A stretch of 64,000 nt of DNA. Origin: Desulfosudis oleivorans. Its GTDB lineage: Bacteria > Desulfobacterota > Desulfobacteria > Desulfobacterales > SURF-7. The translations under genes were made by a program, and so were the position numbers. Below are positions 36,263-46,092 of the stretch, in pieces (the stretch's first letter is position 1; each line of letters opens with the position of its first letter). Under the pieces are notes generated by a model. That model was not told the DNA's origin. It worked only from the letters and a program-made list of their open reading frames with translations, and did not search any database. The stretch lies in the NCBI GenBank assembly GCA_020723305.1, contig DYJC01000023.1, positions 2,451 to 66,450 of the forward strand, given 5' to 3'.

Positions 36263-36682
36263 TCATACAGACCCAATGGCGTCTCGCACAGCCGCCTTGA
36301 GTTCTGCCATGGTTGCCGGTTTTGTTAACAGTCCGGTAATTCCCCCAGGCAGATTTTCTTTATCCAATATATTTTCCGAATACCCGGAAGAAAGAATAAT
36401 CGGAATATCCTTACGGATATCCAAAATTTTTTTGGACAGTTCAAGTCCGGTCATATCCGGCATCATCAGATCCGTAATAATGAGATCAAATCCATCCGGC
36501 ATCTTATGAAATAATTGAAAGGCTTCTGTTGCATTGCTCTGGACAGTCACCTGATATCCGAGATTTTCCAATATCCGTTTGCTGACATGAGAAATATCCT
36601 GGTCATCATCTACAAAAAGAATTCTCTTGTTATTCGAAGAGTTGTGTTCGTCTTTCCGATTTTTTCGAAAACGTGTAAACAT
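36263..36682 (-). CDS. Single-domain response regulator (receiver)
   Basis: ILFVDDD, DLIITDLMMP, SG and KP motifs. Confidence 0.88.
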   Translation of the reverse strand: MFTRFRKNRKDEHNSSNNKRILFVDDDQDISHVSKRILENLGYQVTVQSNATEAFQLFHKMPDGFDLIITDLMMPDMTGLELSKKILDIRKDIPIILSSGYSENILDKENLPGGITGLLTKPATMAELKAAVRDAIGSV

Positions 36683-36848
36683 GTGGTTTCCTCATCAGCA
36701 TCTATACAGTTCTCCAACACATTGTCCGTTTTCTTATATCATCAATAAATTCCAAATCTGTCAAACCCATTTCCATATCCGGAACAAAAAGACCTCTCTT
36801 TCTCGTGCATACACCCTCTTGAGTCAAATCGGGGGAAAATAACCATAT

Positions 36849-36991
36849 GAGCCAATTTCAAAAGTCTCTTGTTGTAGTTCCGGCGAAAACTAGACACGCA
36901 GTGAAGCTTAGCGCTATCCAGTATTTTCGGCTCTTTTCTGGGCACTGACTTTCGCCGGTGTGACACTTTATAATAGTTTTTAAATTGGCTA
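36849..36991. mobile_element. MITE family A copy 3
   Basis: Same TIRs and body; 4-bp direct repeat ATAT. Confidence 0.8.
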
Positions 36992-37044
36992 ATATGATTT
37001 TGTTTTTGCGCCGTGGAATTCATTTGACAAAAAATTGTTTATTA

Positions 37045-37061
37045 AGTAAGTGTTACTCACT
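37045..37061. promoter_or_regulatory. Putative TetR operator
   Basis: AGTAAGT-GTT-ACTCACT near-palindrome just downstream of TTGACA (37024). Confidence 0.5.
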
Positions 37062-37084
37062 CTTTCCGGGTGTCACATCAGGAT

Positions 37085-37248
37085 GGGTGTAATCAAAACT
37101 TTTGAATAATTAAATTATGTGGGGCTTCCAGCCGCGATATGGGTTTTTTCAAGATTTCAGTAAAAAAAGTGTTGTCGCGGCAAGATGCCACAATGGGAAT
37201 AATCAAAACAATTGGGTAATCGAAATCCAACAGTTTTGATTACACACC
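37085..37248. mobile_element. MITE family B copy 2
   Basis: GGGTGTAATCAAAACT...AGTTTTGATTACACACC; flanks CATCAGGAT/CATCAGGAG (8/9 TSD match). Confidence 0.75.
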
Positions 37249-37303
37249 CATCAGGAGCTGTGTATTGCTCTTGGTGAAAAGGATTGTAAGGCATACGAAA
37301 TAT

Positions 37304-37903
37304 ATGGCCAAAACAAGTACCAAAAAGCTTCCGCCGGGACGACTGAAAATAGTCCGGGCACTGAAAACCCTGTTGGGTAAAAAGGATTTTAATTCCATCA
37401 CCACCGCAGAAATCGCAAAAACCGCCGGAGTTACGGAAGGTCTGATATACAAGTACTTTAACGATAAACGGGATCTTCTGTTCAAGGTACTTCTGGAACT
37501 TTTTGAACAGTTTCTGTTGCAGATGGAAAAAGATCTCAAGGGTGTCGAAGGGTCTCTGAACAAGCTTCGTTCGATTATCCAGTCCACCCTTTTCTGGTAT
37601 GATCAGCAAAGGGTTTTTACCAGAATCCTGCTGGTTGAAGTCCGCAATTCTCCTGATTTTTTCAAGAGTGAAGCATACCAGCAATGTGTTCGTGATTACA
37701 GCAAGATCATCATGGATATCATTCATGAGGGAATCGGTCTTGATGAAATCCGGAAGGATATAAAGCCTTCCGTTATCCGGCAGGTTATACAGGGATCTGT
37801 TGAGCATGTCTGCCTCCCGGCCATTATTTTCAATCGGGAAATCGCAGTAGAACCGGCTACAGAGGACCTCTGTCGAACAATATTTTTTGGGATTAAACAA
37901 TAG
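37304..37903 (+). CDS. TetR/AcrR-family regulator
   Basis: ITTAEIAKTAGVTEGLIYKYFNDKRDL HTH. Confidence 0.9.
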   Translation: MAKTSTKKLPPGRLKIVRALKTLLGKKDFNSITTAEIAKTAGVTEGLIYKYFNDKRDLLFKVLLELFEQFLLQMEKDLKGVEGSLNKLRSIIQSTLFWYDQQRVFTRILLVEVRNSPDFFKSEAYQQCVRDYSKIIMDIIHEGIGLDEIRKDIKPSVIRQVIQGSVEHVCLPAIIFNREIAVEPATEDLCRTIFFGIKQ

Positions 37904-37925
37904 CGAAAAATAAGGAGGAAAAACC

Positions 37926-39779
37926 ATGGCACAATCCATTGCAGACCGAAGAGATGTTGATTTTGTTCTTTATGAACAACTGGAGGCTGAAAACCTGGTC
38001 AAGCTGGACAGGTATAAAGAGCTGAACAAAAAAATGTTTGATATGGTGGTTACGGAAGCCAGAAACTTTGCAATCAAGGAGATCCTCCCCTTAAATGAAG
38101 AAGGGGACAAGATCGGCCTTATATTTGAAAACAATCAGGTTATCGTGCCGGAATGTTTTCATCGACCGTTCAAGCTCTTCCGGGAAGGTGAATGGATTGC
38201 AATGAACGAAGATCCTGAAGTCGGCGGACAGGGATTCCCCCACCTGATCACCCAGGCCTGCATGGAATATATCATGGGCGCTGACTTTTCCTTTTCCGCT
38301 TTTGGAATGGTATGTCATGGCGCTGCAAAAATGATCGAACTTTTTGGTACGGAAAAGCAGAAAGAGATTTTCATGAAGAAAGTATACTCCGGCGAATGGG
38401 GCGGTTCCATGGTGCTCACCGAACCCGGTGCCGGATCGGATGTCGGATCGCTAATCACATCAGCCGTGAAAAACAGTGACGGCACCTATTCGATTTCAGG
38501 CAACAAGATCTTTATCACCTGCGGCGAACACAACATGCAGGAAAATATCATCCACCCGGTTCTTGCCCGGATTGAAGGAGCGCCTGCCGGTACCAAAGGC
38601 ATATCCATCTTTATCGTTCCCAAGATCTGGGTCAATGAGGATGGAAGCCTGGGTGAACCAAACGATATTGTCTGCACCGCAATTGAAGAAAAAATGGGTC
38701 TCCATGCCAGCCCGACAACGCAGTTGACCTTTGGCGGAAAAGGGAAATGCCGCGGTTTTCTCCTGGGAGAAGAAAACAAAGGGATGAAGGTGATGTTCCA
38801 CATGATGAATGAAGCACGGCTCGGTGTGGGAGCCCTGGGTTTGTTCAATTCCTCCTGTGCCTATCTCTATGCCATCAATTATGCCAAGGAACGCGTTCAG
38901 GGAAGAGATCTGGCCGATTTTCTGAACAAGGATGCACAGCCTGTCACCATTCTGCGCCATCCGGATGTGCGGAGAATGCTTCTGGGGATGAAGGCATATA
39001 TGGAAGGGATGCGGAGCCTGGTCTATTACACGGCCTATCTCTTTGATAAGGAGGCCAATGAAAAAAATGCAGAACAGAAAGAAACCATTACCGGACTCAT
39101 TGAGCTGCTGACCCCGATCATCAAATCCTATTGCACGGACCGCGGTTTTGAATGCACGGTTCAGGCCATGCAGGTTTACGGCGGATACGGGTATACCGCA
39201 GATTACCCGGTAGAACGCCTGATGAGAGACTCAAAAATCAACTCCATTTATGAAGGAACCAACGGGATCCAGGCCATGGACCTTCTGGCCCGCAAACTCG
39301 GCATGAAAAAAGGCATGGTTTTCATGAACTTTCTGGGTGAGATTCAAAAAATCATTGCCAAGGCCAAAGAAACCAAAGAGCTGGAAAGCCTCGCCAAAAA
39401 ACTGGAAGAAACCATAGGTCACCTGGGCCAGGTTGCAATGCACATCGGCAAAACCGCCATGTCACCGGATATGAAAGTTGCATTTTCCTTTGCTTCCCCT
39501 TTCCTGGATGTAATGGGCGACGTGATCATGGCATGGATGCTGTTGTGGAGAGCTACGGTAGCCGCGCCCAAACTGAATACGCTGATCGGTGACGCAACCG
39601 GTGAAGATCGTCTGGATAAAATCAATAAGAATAAAAATGCAGCCTTTTATGAAGGACAGATCCAGTCTGCCAGACATTTCATTGAAACCGTTCTCCCGGT
39701 TACCGTAGGCAGAATGAATTCCATTCAAAGCAACAGTTCTGCAGCGGTGGATATACCGGAAGCCGCATTTGGAGGATAA
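37926..39779 (+). CDS. Acyl-CoA dehydrogenase
   Basis: LTEPGAGSD, GNKIFIT, EEKMG, YGGYGY and IYEGTNGIQA motifs. Confidence 0.95.
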   Translation: MAQSIADRRDVDFVLYEQLEAENLVKLDRYKELNKKMFDMVVTEARNFAIKEILPLNEEGDKIGLIFENNQVIVPECFHRPFKLFREGEWIAMNEDPEVGGQGFPHLITQACMEYIMGADFSFSAFGMVCHGAAKMIELFGTEKQKEIFMKKVYSGEWGGSMVLTEPGAGSDVGSLITSAVKNSDGTYSISGNKIFITCGEHNMQENIIHPVLARIEGAPAGTKGISIFIVPKIWVNEDGSLGEPNDIVCTAIEEKMGLHASPTTQLTFGGKGKCRGFLLGEENKGMKVMFHMMNEARLGVGALGLFNSSCAYLYAINYAKERVQGRDLADFLNKDAQPVTILRHPDVRRMLLGMKAYMEGMRSLVYYTAYLFDKEANEKNAEQKETITGLIELLTPIIKSYCTDRGFECTVQAMQVYGGYGYTADYPVERLMRDSKINSIYEGTNGIQAMDLLARKLGMKKGMVFMNFLGEIQKIIAKAKETKELESLAKKLEETIGHLGQVAMHIGKTAMSPDMKVAFSFASPFLDVMGDVIMAWMLLWRATVAAPKLNTLIGDATGEDRLDKINKNKNAAFYEGQIQSARHFIETVLPVTVGRMNSIQSNSSAAVDIPEAAFGG

Positions 39780-39790
39780 ACCGTTTTTTA

Positions 39791-39836
39791 AAAACAGCTG
39801 CGCGTTCCCGCTTAAACAGGAACGTGCAGCTGTTTT
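39791..39836. terminator. Intrinsic terminator (bidirectional type)
   Basis: AAAACAGCTGCGCGTTCC...GGAACGTGCAGCTGTTTT. Confidence 0.75.
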
Positions 39837-39909
39837 GACTTCATGTCCAAGCTATCTCAAAAAAGTCTTTTGGCCCAAACTCTGCGTTGGATTCATATTT
39901 CAAATCCTG

Positions 39910-40051
39910 GAGCCAATTTCAAAAGTCCCTTGTTGTCATTCCGGCGAAGGCCGGAATCCAGAGAAGTGAAGTGATATCCTGTATTTTTGCTTCGTTTCTG
40001 GACACCGGCCTTCGCCGGTGTGAAGGTTTTTTATCGTTTTGAAATTAGCTC
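39910..40051. mobile_element. MITE family A copy 4 (intact REP pair)
   Basis: TIRs; internal GTCATTCCGGCGAAGGCCGGAATCC and GGACACCGGCCTTCGCCGGTGTGA; flanks CCTG/CCTC. Confidence 0.8.
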
Positions 40052-40128
40052 CCTCGACATACTTTGATTACACCCAATCCCAAATTTTTACTTGACGCAG
40101 ACCCATCCATATTCTACTTATCGGCGCT

Positions 40129-40920
40129 ATGATTTCTCTGATTCAAAAATATACTCGGATATGGATAGTGATCATCCTGTTGCTCACCTGCGAAACCGCA
40201 AGGGCAGAGGACGACTGGTTTATCAGCCTTTATGGTGGGAAAGCATCCAACAACAATCTGGCTGACATTTTCCTGGGAGAAACCGAATTTGTCTATGCCC
40301 AGATCCTGGTGCTGGCCACCGGGAAAAAACTCTGGGAATATGAGGATTATCTGACCCTGGAGGCGGAAGGTCAGGTTGCCTGGAAATGGGGGTATGAAAT
40401 CTACGCGGATGCAGAACAGTACCGGAATACATCCAGCTCCAATCCAGGATGGGGCTGGGCAGAAGGATATTCCTATGAATCCCAGAACACCGGTTTTAAC
40501 AAGCATAATGAATTCAACCTGCTGCTTACATTACGCTGGCAAAAATTCCCCTGGAACAACCATGTCAAGACATCCTTTGGATTCGGCGAAGGCTTGTCCT
40601 ATGCAACGGAAGAACCGCCTCTTGAGAAAGATCCTCATGATGTCCTTCATCCGGCTTTATACGAAAATTCACCAAATGACAGACCCTACAAGACCTCCCG
40701 GTTATTGAACTATCTCATGTTCGATCTGACGTTTGCCCTGCCGGACTACCCGGAGTACCAGACCTTCGTCCGGCTTCATCACCGGTCAGGCATCTTCCGG
40801 CTGATGAACGGCCATACCTGCGGTTCTAACTATCTGACCGCAGGGTTCCGGTATCAGTTCTCATGGCCAAAATTTGATATTGCAACATTCCGGGAGTTTG
40901 ATCGAACCACAAAATGGTAA
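40129..40920 (+). CDS. Exported hypothetical protein, probable outer-membrane beta-barrel
   Basis: Signal peptide; GEGLSYA, LLNYL, RLHHRSG and GFRYQF amphipathic strands. Confidence 0.6.
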   Translation: MISLIQKYTRIWIVIILLLTCETARAEDDWFISLYGGKASNNNLADIFLGETEFVYAQILVLATGKKLWEYEDYLTLEAEGQVAWKWGYEIYADAEQYRNTSSSNPGWGWAEGYSYESQNTGFNKHNEFNLLLTLRWQKFPWNNHVKTSFGFGEGLSYATEEPPLEKDPHDVLHPALYENSPNDRPYKTSRLLNYLMFDLTFALPDYPEYQTFVRLHHRSGIFRLMNGHTCGSNYLTAGFRYQFSWPKFDIATFREFDRTTKW

Positions 40921-41098
40921 TGCCGGATAGAGCCTCATCACCTCCTTCTGCTTTCAAAACAAACAACAGCCGGATAAAGTAAAATTATTGTAATACCAAA
41001 ATTATCACTGGCGATTCAGAGTGAATCATATTAAACAACGGCCAACTGTTTTTTTGCAGGACGGACTGTTTCAACCAACTCAAATGAAAGAAAAAACC

Positions 41099-41749
41099 AT
41101 GCCCGAACAAACGAATACACCATCAAATCAATATACGGCCGGTGAAGAACTGGCCAATGGCATCACCCATGGAATCGGTATTCTTTTCAGTATTGCCGGG
41201 CTCGTGATTCTGATCATCACAGCCTCACTTCATGGTGATGTATGGCAGATCGTCAGTTTTTCCATCTTTGGCAGCACCATGATCCTGCTGTATTCCGCTT
41301 CGACACTGTATCACAGCATCTCAAACCCTTTGCTCAAGGCCGGTTTGAAAAAACTGGATCATTCCGCCATTTTTCTTCTGATTGCGGGAACCTATACCCC
41401 TTTTTTAATTGTTCATCTGAGAAGCATGCTGGGCTGGAGCCTTTTGGCAGTGATATGGATAATTGCCGCAGTCGGCATTGTGATCAAGGTGTTTTACATC
41501 CAGAAAATAAAAAATCTATCCACCGGACTCTACCTTATGATGGGATGGCTGTGCGTGATTGCCATCCAGGGATTATTTCAAATCCTTCCGATAACAAGCT
41601 TCTCGCTTCTGATTGCCGGAGGCGTCTTCTACACAGCCGGCGTCATATTTTATGCATGGAAAAAACTGCCGTACCATCACGCTGTCTGGCATCTGTTTGT
41701 GTTAGGCGGCAGCACGTCTCATTTCTTTTCGGTGCTGAAAAGCGTATAA
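41099..41749 (+). CDS. Hemolysin III/PAQR-family membrane protein
   Basis: EELANGITHG, STLYH, DHSAIFLLIAGTYTP and HAVWHLFV motifs. Confidence 0.93.
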   Translation: MPEQTNTPSNQYTAGEELANGITHGIGILFSIAGLVILIITASLHGDVWQIVSFSIFGSTMILLYSASTLYHSISNPLLKAGLKKLDHSAIFLLIAGTYTPFLIVHLRSMLGWSLLAVIWIIAAVGIVIKVFYIQKIKNLSTGLYLMMGWLCVIAIQGLFQILPITSFSLLIAGGVFYTAGVIFYAWKKLPYHHAVWHLFVLGGSTSHFFSVLKSV

Positions 41750-41808
41750 GCCATATAACGGACACTCAAACATAGGCGCAATCCCTCTTGATCTTGACCA
41801 AACTGAAA

Positions 41809-41825
41809 CGTTTTGAAATTGGCTC
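41809..41825. repeat. Solo MITE-A terminal repeat
   Basis: CGTTTTGAAATTGGCTC. Confidence 0.5.
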
Positions 41826-41963
41826 TTTTAATTATATTTGCTATAGATCAAATAGTTTGGTAAAAAGAAAACATAATCGCAATTATATCATGCCGTGACA
41901 TAATTTTTCTTCTGCCTTTTTCATATTCAGCTTAAAAAAAAATACCATAATCATGGTTATAAG

Positions 41964-44573
41964 ATGCCGATAAAAATGGTCAAGAAGCAAACTGCAAATG
42001 AAACAAGTGTCGCCAGATTTCATGTCCGCAATATTTTTGCAATTTGTCTGATCCTTGCAGTACTGATTTCCAGTTTCCTGATTTTGCTGGCCATGCAATA
42101 CAAAAAAAGTGAAAAGCTGGCGGATGAAATCCTTCTTCATAGTTTTAAAGATCAGGTCAATCATCTGGACAGCCTGTTGACAAAAATCCTTGCCCATTTA
42201 AATGACATGCAGAGCTTGGCCCAGGCGGATTTGCTGGAAACACGTCAAAAAACCTCCCTTGAATTTCCAGCCGCTTATCACTGTCTTGAAAATAGCGCCG
42301 CCGGTTATTTCCACATGGATCATCCTTTGTCGCCTGAAATAAAAAAAATGATGGGAAACCTTACCGGCCAAGGGTCATTTCATACACAGGACTTGAATTT
42401 TCAACGCGAAATACGGATGGCCTTGAACTTGAACCCGCTTTTTCATTCCGCACGGGAATCCATCAAGACTTCGGCCTGGGTGTATTATATCTCCTCGAAA
42501 AAATTTATCAATCTGTACCCTTGGGTTCCATCCGACGAATGGAAATTCACGTTGGAGTCTTATGGAAAGGAATTTTATACCCTGGGACTTCCGGAAAACA
42601 ACCCTTCCAGAAAATTCTTTTGGACTCAATTATATATGGATGAAGCCGGCATTGGTTTGATGACGACCTGCGGTATTCCCGTCTATGATGGAGAAAAATT
42701 CCTGGGAACCATTGCCATTGATTTGACGGTAGATTTTTTAAATACCATCGTAACCGACTTTCGATCTCATCGCGGTGAACTGTTTCTGATCAACACTGAA
42801 AAACAGCTCCTGGCACACCCCAAGCTAACCACCTCATGCAGCCGCACCATTAAAACACTATCGGATGCAACTCCAACGCCAATTCAGGAATTGTATAAAA
42901 TCCTCAGTCAAATGTCTTCTTTTTCCATCCGTCAACAGGACGGATATCGTCTTATTCAGGCTAACCTTCAAAACGCTCCCTGGAAAGTGATTTATTTGGA
43001 GCCGATTCCACCCCTCGTCAATGCTTTGGGGGATCACATTGGATTGGGCGTAATTGCAATAATGAGCTTGCTGCTGGTTTTAGTGGTAATCATACTTTTC
43101 ATTACACATTTGTTCTACATTCTTCCATCGGAAAAACTGGTGAACTTCATCCTGGGTCGAAGCAGGGGAGAATTGTCCGGTCTTACAATTTCCCTCCCGC
43201 AGATGTGGAAGTCCTGGTTTGCCGCAGTGGATGAAACATTTCAAAAAAACGAACTGTTGACCCAGGAAATCAGGCATCACAATGAGTATTTGGAGGAAAG
43301 GGTCAAAGAAAGAACCCTTGAGCTCGAAAAACTGAATGAACAACTCCGTTTGGAAATCATAGAACGAAAAGACGCTGAAACGGAAAAAGAAAAGACCGAA
43401 CGAAAAACACAGAAACTGGAAATGCAGCTTCGCCAGGTACAGAAAATGGAAGCTATTGGAACTCTGGCAGGGGGCATCGCTCATGATTTCAACAATATCC
43501 TTGGAGCCATTATTGGTTATACTGAACTGGCCTGGATGGATGCTGCTGATGATCCTGCACAACAAAAAAAACTGAAAGAAGTTCTGAAAGCAGCGGATCG
43601 GGCAAAAGATCTTATCAAGCAAATACTGACCTTCAGCCGGCGAACAGCACCTGAATTCAAACCGGTTCAGGTGAAGGCCATCATTCAGGAAACATTGGAA
43701 CTGATCAGAGCATCTTTGCCCACCACCATCCGGATTGATTCTGATTTGCAGAGCGATGATGTCATTCAGGGAGACCCCACTCAGATTCATCAAATGCTGA
43801 TGAATCTTTGCACCAATGCCGGCCAGGCCATGGAAAAAAAAGGCGGTGTGCTCTCCGTTGATCTGAAGAATATTGAAATCGATAAGACTCTTGCAATGAC
43901 CTATCCGGAACTGATTCCAGGTGCCTATCTGAAATTGATCATAAAAGATACGGGTGAGGGTATATCGCCCGAGACCATGGAAAGAATCTTTGAACCCTTC
44001 TTTACCACCAAGGCACAAGGAGAAGGCACCGGTATGGGGCTCGCAGTTGTTCACGGAATCATCCAGAGCCACAAAGGAACCATCAGCGTTCAGAGCAAAC
44101 TGGGGGAAGGCTCTATATTCAGCGTTTTTCTGCCGAGAATCGTCCAGCAGCCGGATATAATTGATGTTGACGAAAAATTTGCCTTACCCATGGGAAGCGA
44201 GCGTATTCTTTTTGTGGATGATGAAGACGCCTTAATCGACATCGGCAAGGCTATTCTCGAATCACTGGGCTACACAGTGACCACCACATCCAGCAGTGAA
44301 AAGGCTTTGACCCTTTTTAAATTTAACCCGAATGCATTCGATCTGGTGATCACCGATATGACCATGCCTCAGATGACCGGAGATAAACTGACGGAGGAAT
44401 TACTCCGGATCAGGCCGGATCTTCCGGTCATCATCTGCACCGGATACAGCCGGAGAATGTCGGAAGAAAAAGCGCGCCAAATCGGTGCGAAAGGTTTTCT
44501 GATGAAACCCTTGTCTTTACAGAATATGGCCATCATGATCAGAACCCTGCTGGACGATTCATCTGCTTTATAA
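41964..44573 (+). CDS. Hybrid sensor histidine kinase (Cache sensor, HisKA, HATPase, receiver)
   Basis: WTQLYMD (Cache), [28 protein letters not shown] and a C-terminal receiver. Confidence 0.92.
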   Translation: MPIKMVKKQTANETSVARFHVRNIFAICLILAVLISSFLILLAMQYKKSEKLADEILLHSFKDQVNHLDSLLTKILAHLNDMQSLAQADLLETRQKTSLEFPAAYHCLENSAAGYFHMDHPLSPEIKKMMGNLTGQGSFHTQDLNFQREIRMALNLNPLFHSARESIKTSAWVYYISSKKFINLYPWVPSDEWKFTLESYGKEFYTLGLPENNPSRKFFWTQLYMDEAGIGLMTTCGIPVYDGEKFLGTIAIDLTVDFLNTIVTDFRSHRGELFLINTEKQLLAHPKLTTSCSRTIKTLSDATPTPIQELYKILSQMSSFSIRQQDGYRLIQANLQNAPWKVIYLEPIPPLVNALGDHIGLGVIAIMSLLLVLVVIILFITHLFYILPSEKLVNFILGRSRGELSGLTISLPQMWKSWFAAVDETFQKNELLTQEIRHHNEYLEERVKERTLELEKLNEQLRLEIIERKDAETEKEKTERKTQKLEMQLRQVQKMEAIGTLAGGIAHDFNNILGAIIGYTELAWMDAADDPAQQKKLKEVLKAADRAKDLIKQILTFSRRTAPEFKPVQVKAIIQETLELIRASLPTTIRIDSDLQSDDVIQGDPTQIHQMLMNLCTNAGQAMEKKGGVLSVDLKNIEIDKTLAMTYPELIPGAYLKLIIKDTGEGISPETMERIFEPFFTTKAQGEGTGMGLAVVHGIIQSHKGTISVQSKLGEGSIFSVFLPRIVQQPDIIDVDEKFALPMGSERILFVDDEDALIDIGKAILESLGYTVTTTSSSEKALTLFKFNPNAFDLVITDMTMPQMTGDKLTEELLRIRPDLPVIICTGYSRRMSEEKARQIGAKGFLMKPLSLQNMAIMIRTLLDDSSAL

Positions 44574-44578
44574 CAGCT

Positions 44579-44719
44579 GTGCCAATTTCAAAAGTCTGTT
44601 GTTGTCATTCCGGCGAAGGCCGGAATCCAGAGAAATGAAGTGCTATCCAGTATTTTCAATTCTTTTCTGGACACCGGCCTTCGCCGGTGTGACGGCTTTT
44701 ATCATTTTGAAATTAGCTC
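44579..44719. mobile_element. MITE family A copy 5 (intact REP pair)
   Basis: GTGCCAATTTCAAAA...TTTTGAAATTAGCTC with the same internal REP pair as copy 4. Confidence 0.8.
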
Positions 44720-44929
44720 AATTAATGTAAGTTAGCGTTTATGCCCATTACCCCTACCCCGGTTTTGTTGTCCTATCCATATGCCACCAAGGAGGGATGC
44801 ATCAATAATTCATCAAAGAATTCCGGTTGTTCTGGCCCAGTATTTCAGTTGACAGATATGCATTTTACCGATAAAAAACAGGGTATCATTTTTCACCTTT
44901 TTTCCATATCCAATCAAAGGAATTTACCC

Positions 44930-46087
44930 ATGCGAACTCCTTATTATCTGGTGATAACCCTCTTTTTAATCTGCTTGCCGTTTATGGGTTGCGGTGACAA
45001 AATCGAACCGGGCAATACCGTTCCTCCAAAAGGCCCGGCTGTTTCCGCACCCGCCATGACAGTGAAATCCAACTCCTATCCGATCCTGTATGAGGCGGTC
45101 GGAAGCGTAAAAGCCCAGGTTTCGGCAACCATTTCCAGCAAGCTCATGGGAACGGTTACTGCGGTTAAGGTGAAGGAAGGCGACAGGGTCCAGCAGGGCG
45201 ACACCCTGATTCTCCTGGATGCACGTCAGGTGGGCGCCCAGTTGAACCAGGCCGAAGCTGCGATGGATGAATCCAGAAAAGCGGAAGCTGCGGCCGTATC
45301 TGCCTTACGGGCTGCCGAAGCCGAAGCGGAACAAGCGCTATCCGCATATAAACGCGGAAAAAAAATGCTGGAAGGAGAAGCCATTACCAAGCAGGATTTT
45401 GAGCAGATCGAGGCCCAGTACAAGAAGGCTCAGGCAGCCCTGGCTCAGGCGAAATCCATGCTGGAAGCTTCCGGACTCCGGGTAAAACAGGCAGTTGCAC
45501 TGGTGGAAAACGCCAAGGTATCCGAGAAAGATGCACGGGTGGATGCCCCCTTTGATGGCAAGGTAACCGCAAAACATGTGGATGTGGGGGATCTGGCCTC
45601 TCCCGGATCACCACTCGTTACTATCGAGCGAACCGGAGCTTACCGGATCGATCTGGTGGTTCCGGAAACCTATATTCAGTCCATCCGTCTGGAACAGAAA
45701 GTGGAAGTCCGGATCCCGGCCCTTGGGGATATGCCCATCGAAGGTTCTGTTTTTGTCATCGTCCCTGCCGCCGATCAGATCAGCCGTTCCTTCATCATAC
45801 AGATCCTGATTGCCCAGACCGAAGGAATCCGGTCGGGAATGTTTGCCCGTGTTTCCCTCCCTGTGGGTGAGAAAAATATGATCCGAATCCCCCAATCCTC
45901 TATCATCCGGCATGGGCAGCTTACCGGTGTTTACATCATCGATGCGGAAAAAATAGCCCGATTCCGACTGATTCGAACCGGCAACCCGATCGGCGACCAG
46001 ATTGAAGTAATATCCGGGATTTCGGATGGAACCCGGATCATTGTTTCCCCGCCGTCTCAACTGACAAACGGATCTCCGGTGGAGTAA
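44930..46087 (+). CDS. RND efflux periplasmic adaptor (MFP) lipoprotein
   Basis: MGC lipobox; V.VKEGDRV, APFDG and SGMFARV motifs. Confidence 0.9.
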   Translation: MRTPYYLVITLFLICLPFMGCGDKIEPGNTVPPKGPAVSAPAMTVKSNSYPILYEAVGSVKAQVSATISSKLMGTVTAVKVKEGDRVQQGDTLILLDARQVGAQLNQAEAAMDESRKAEAAAVSALRAAEAEAEQALSAYKRGKKMLEGEAITKQDFEQIEAQYKKAQAALAQAKSMLEASGLRVKQAVALVENAKVSEKDARVDAPFDGKVTAKHVDVGDLASPGSPLVTIERTGAYRIDLVVPETYIQSIRLEQKVEVRIPALGDMPIEGSVFVIVPAADQISRSFIIQILIAQTEGIRSGMFARVSLPVGEKNMIRIPQSSIIRHGQLTGVYIIDAEKIARFRLIRTGNPIGDQIEVISGISDGTRIIVSPPSQLTNGSPVE

Positions 46088-46092
46088 AAAAT

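Noticed and set aside
36742-37023. 93-aa ORF, and 33562-33810, as real genes
   Set aside because: They are read-throughs of MITE/REP sequence.
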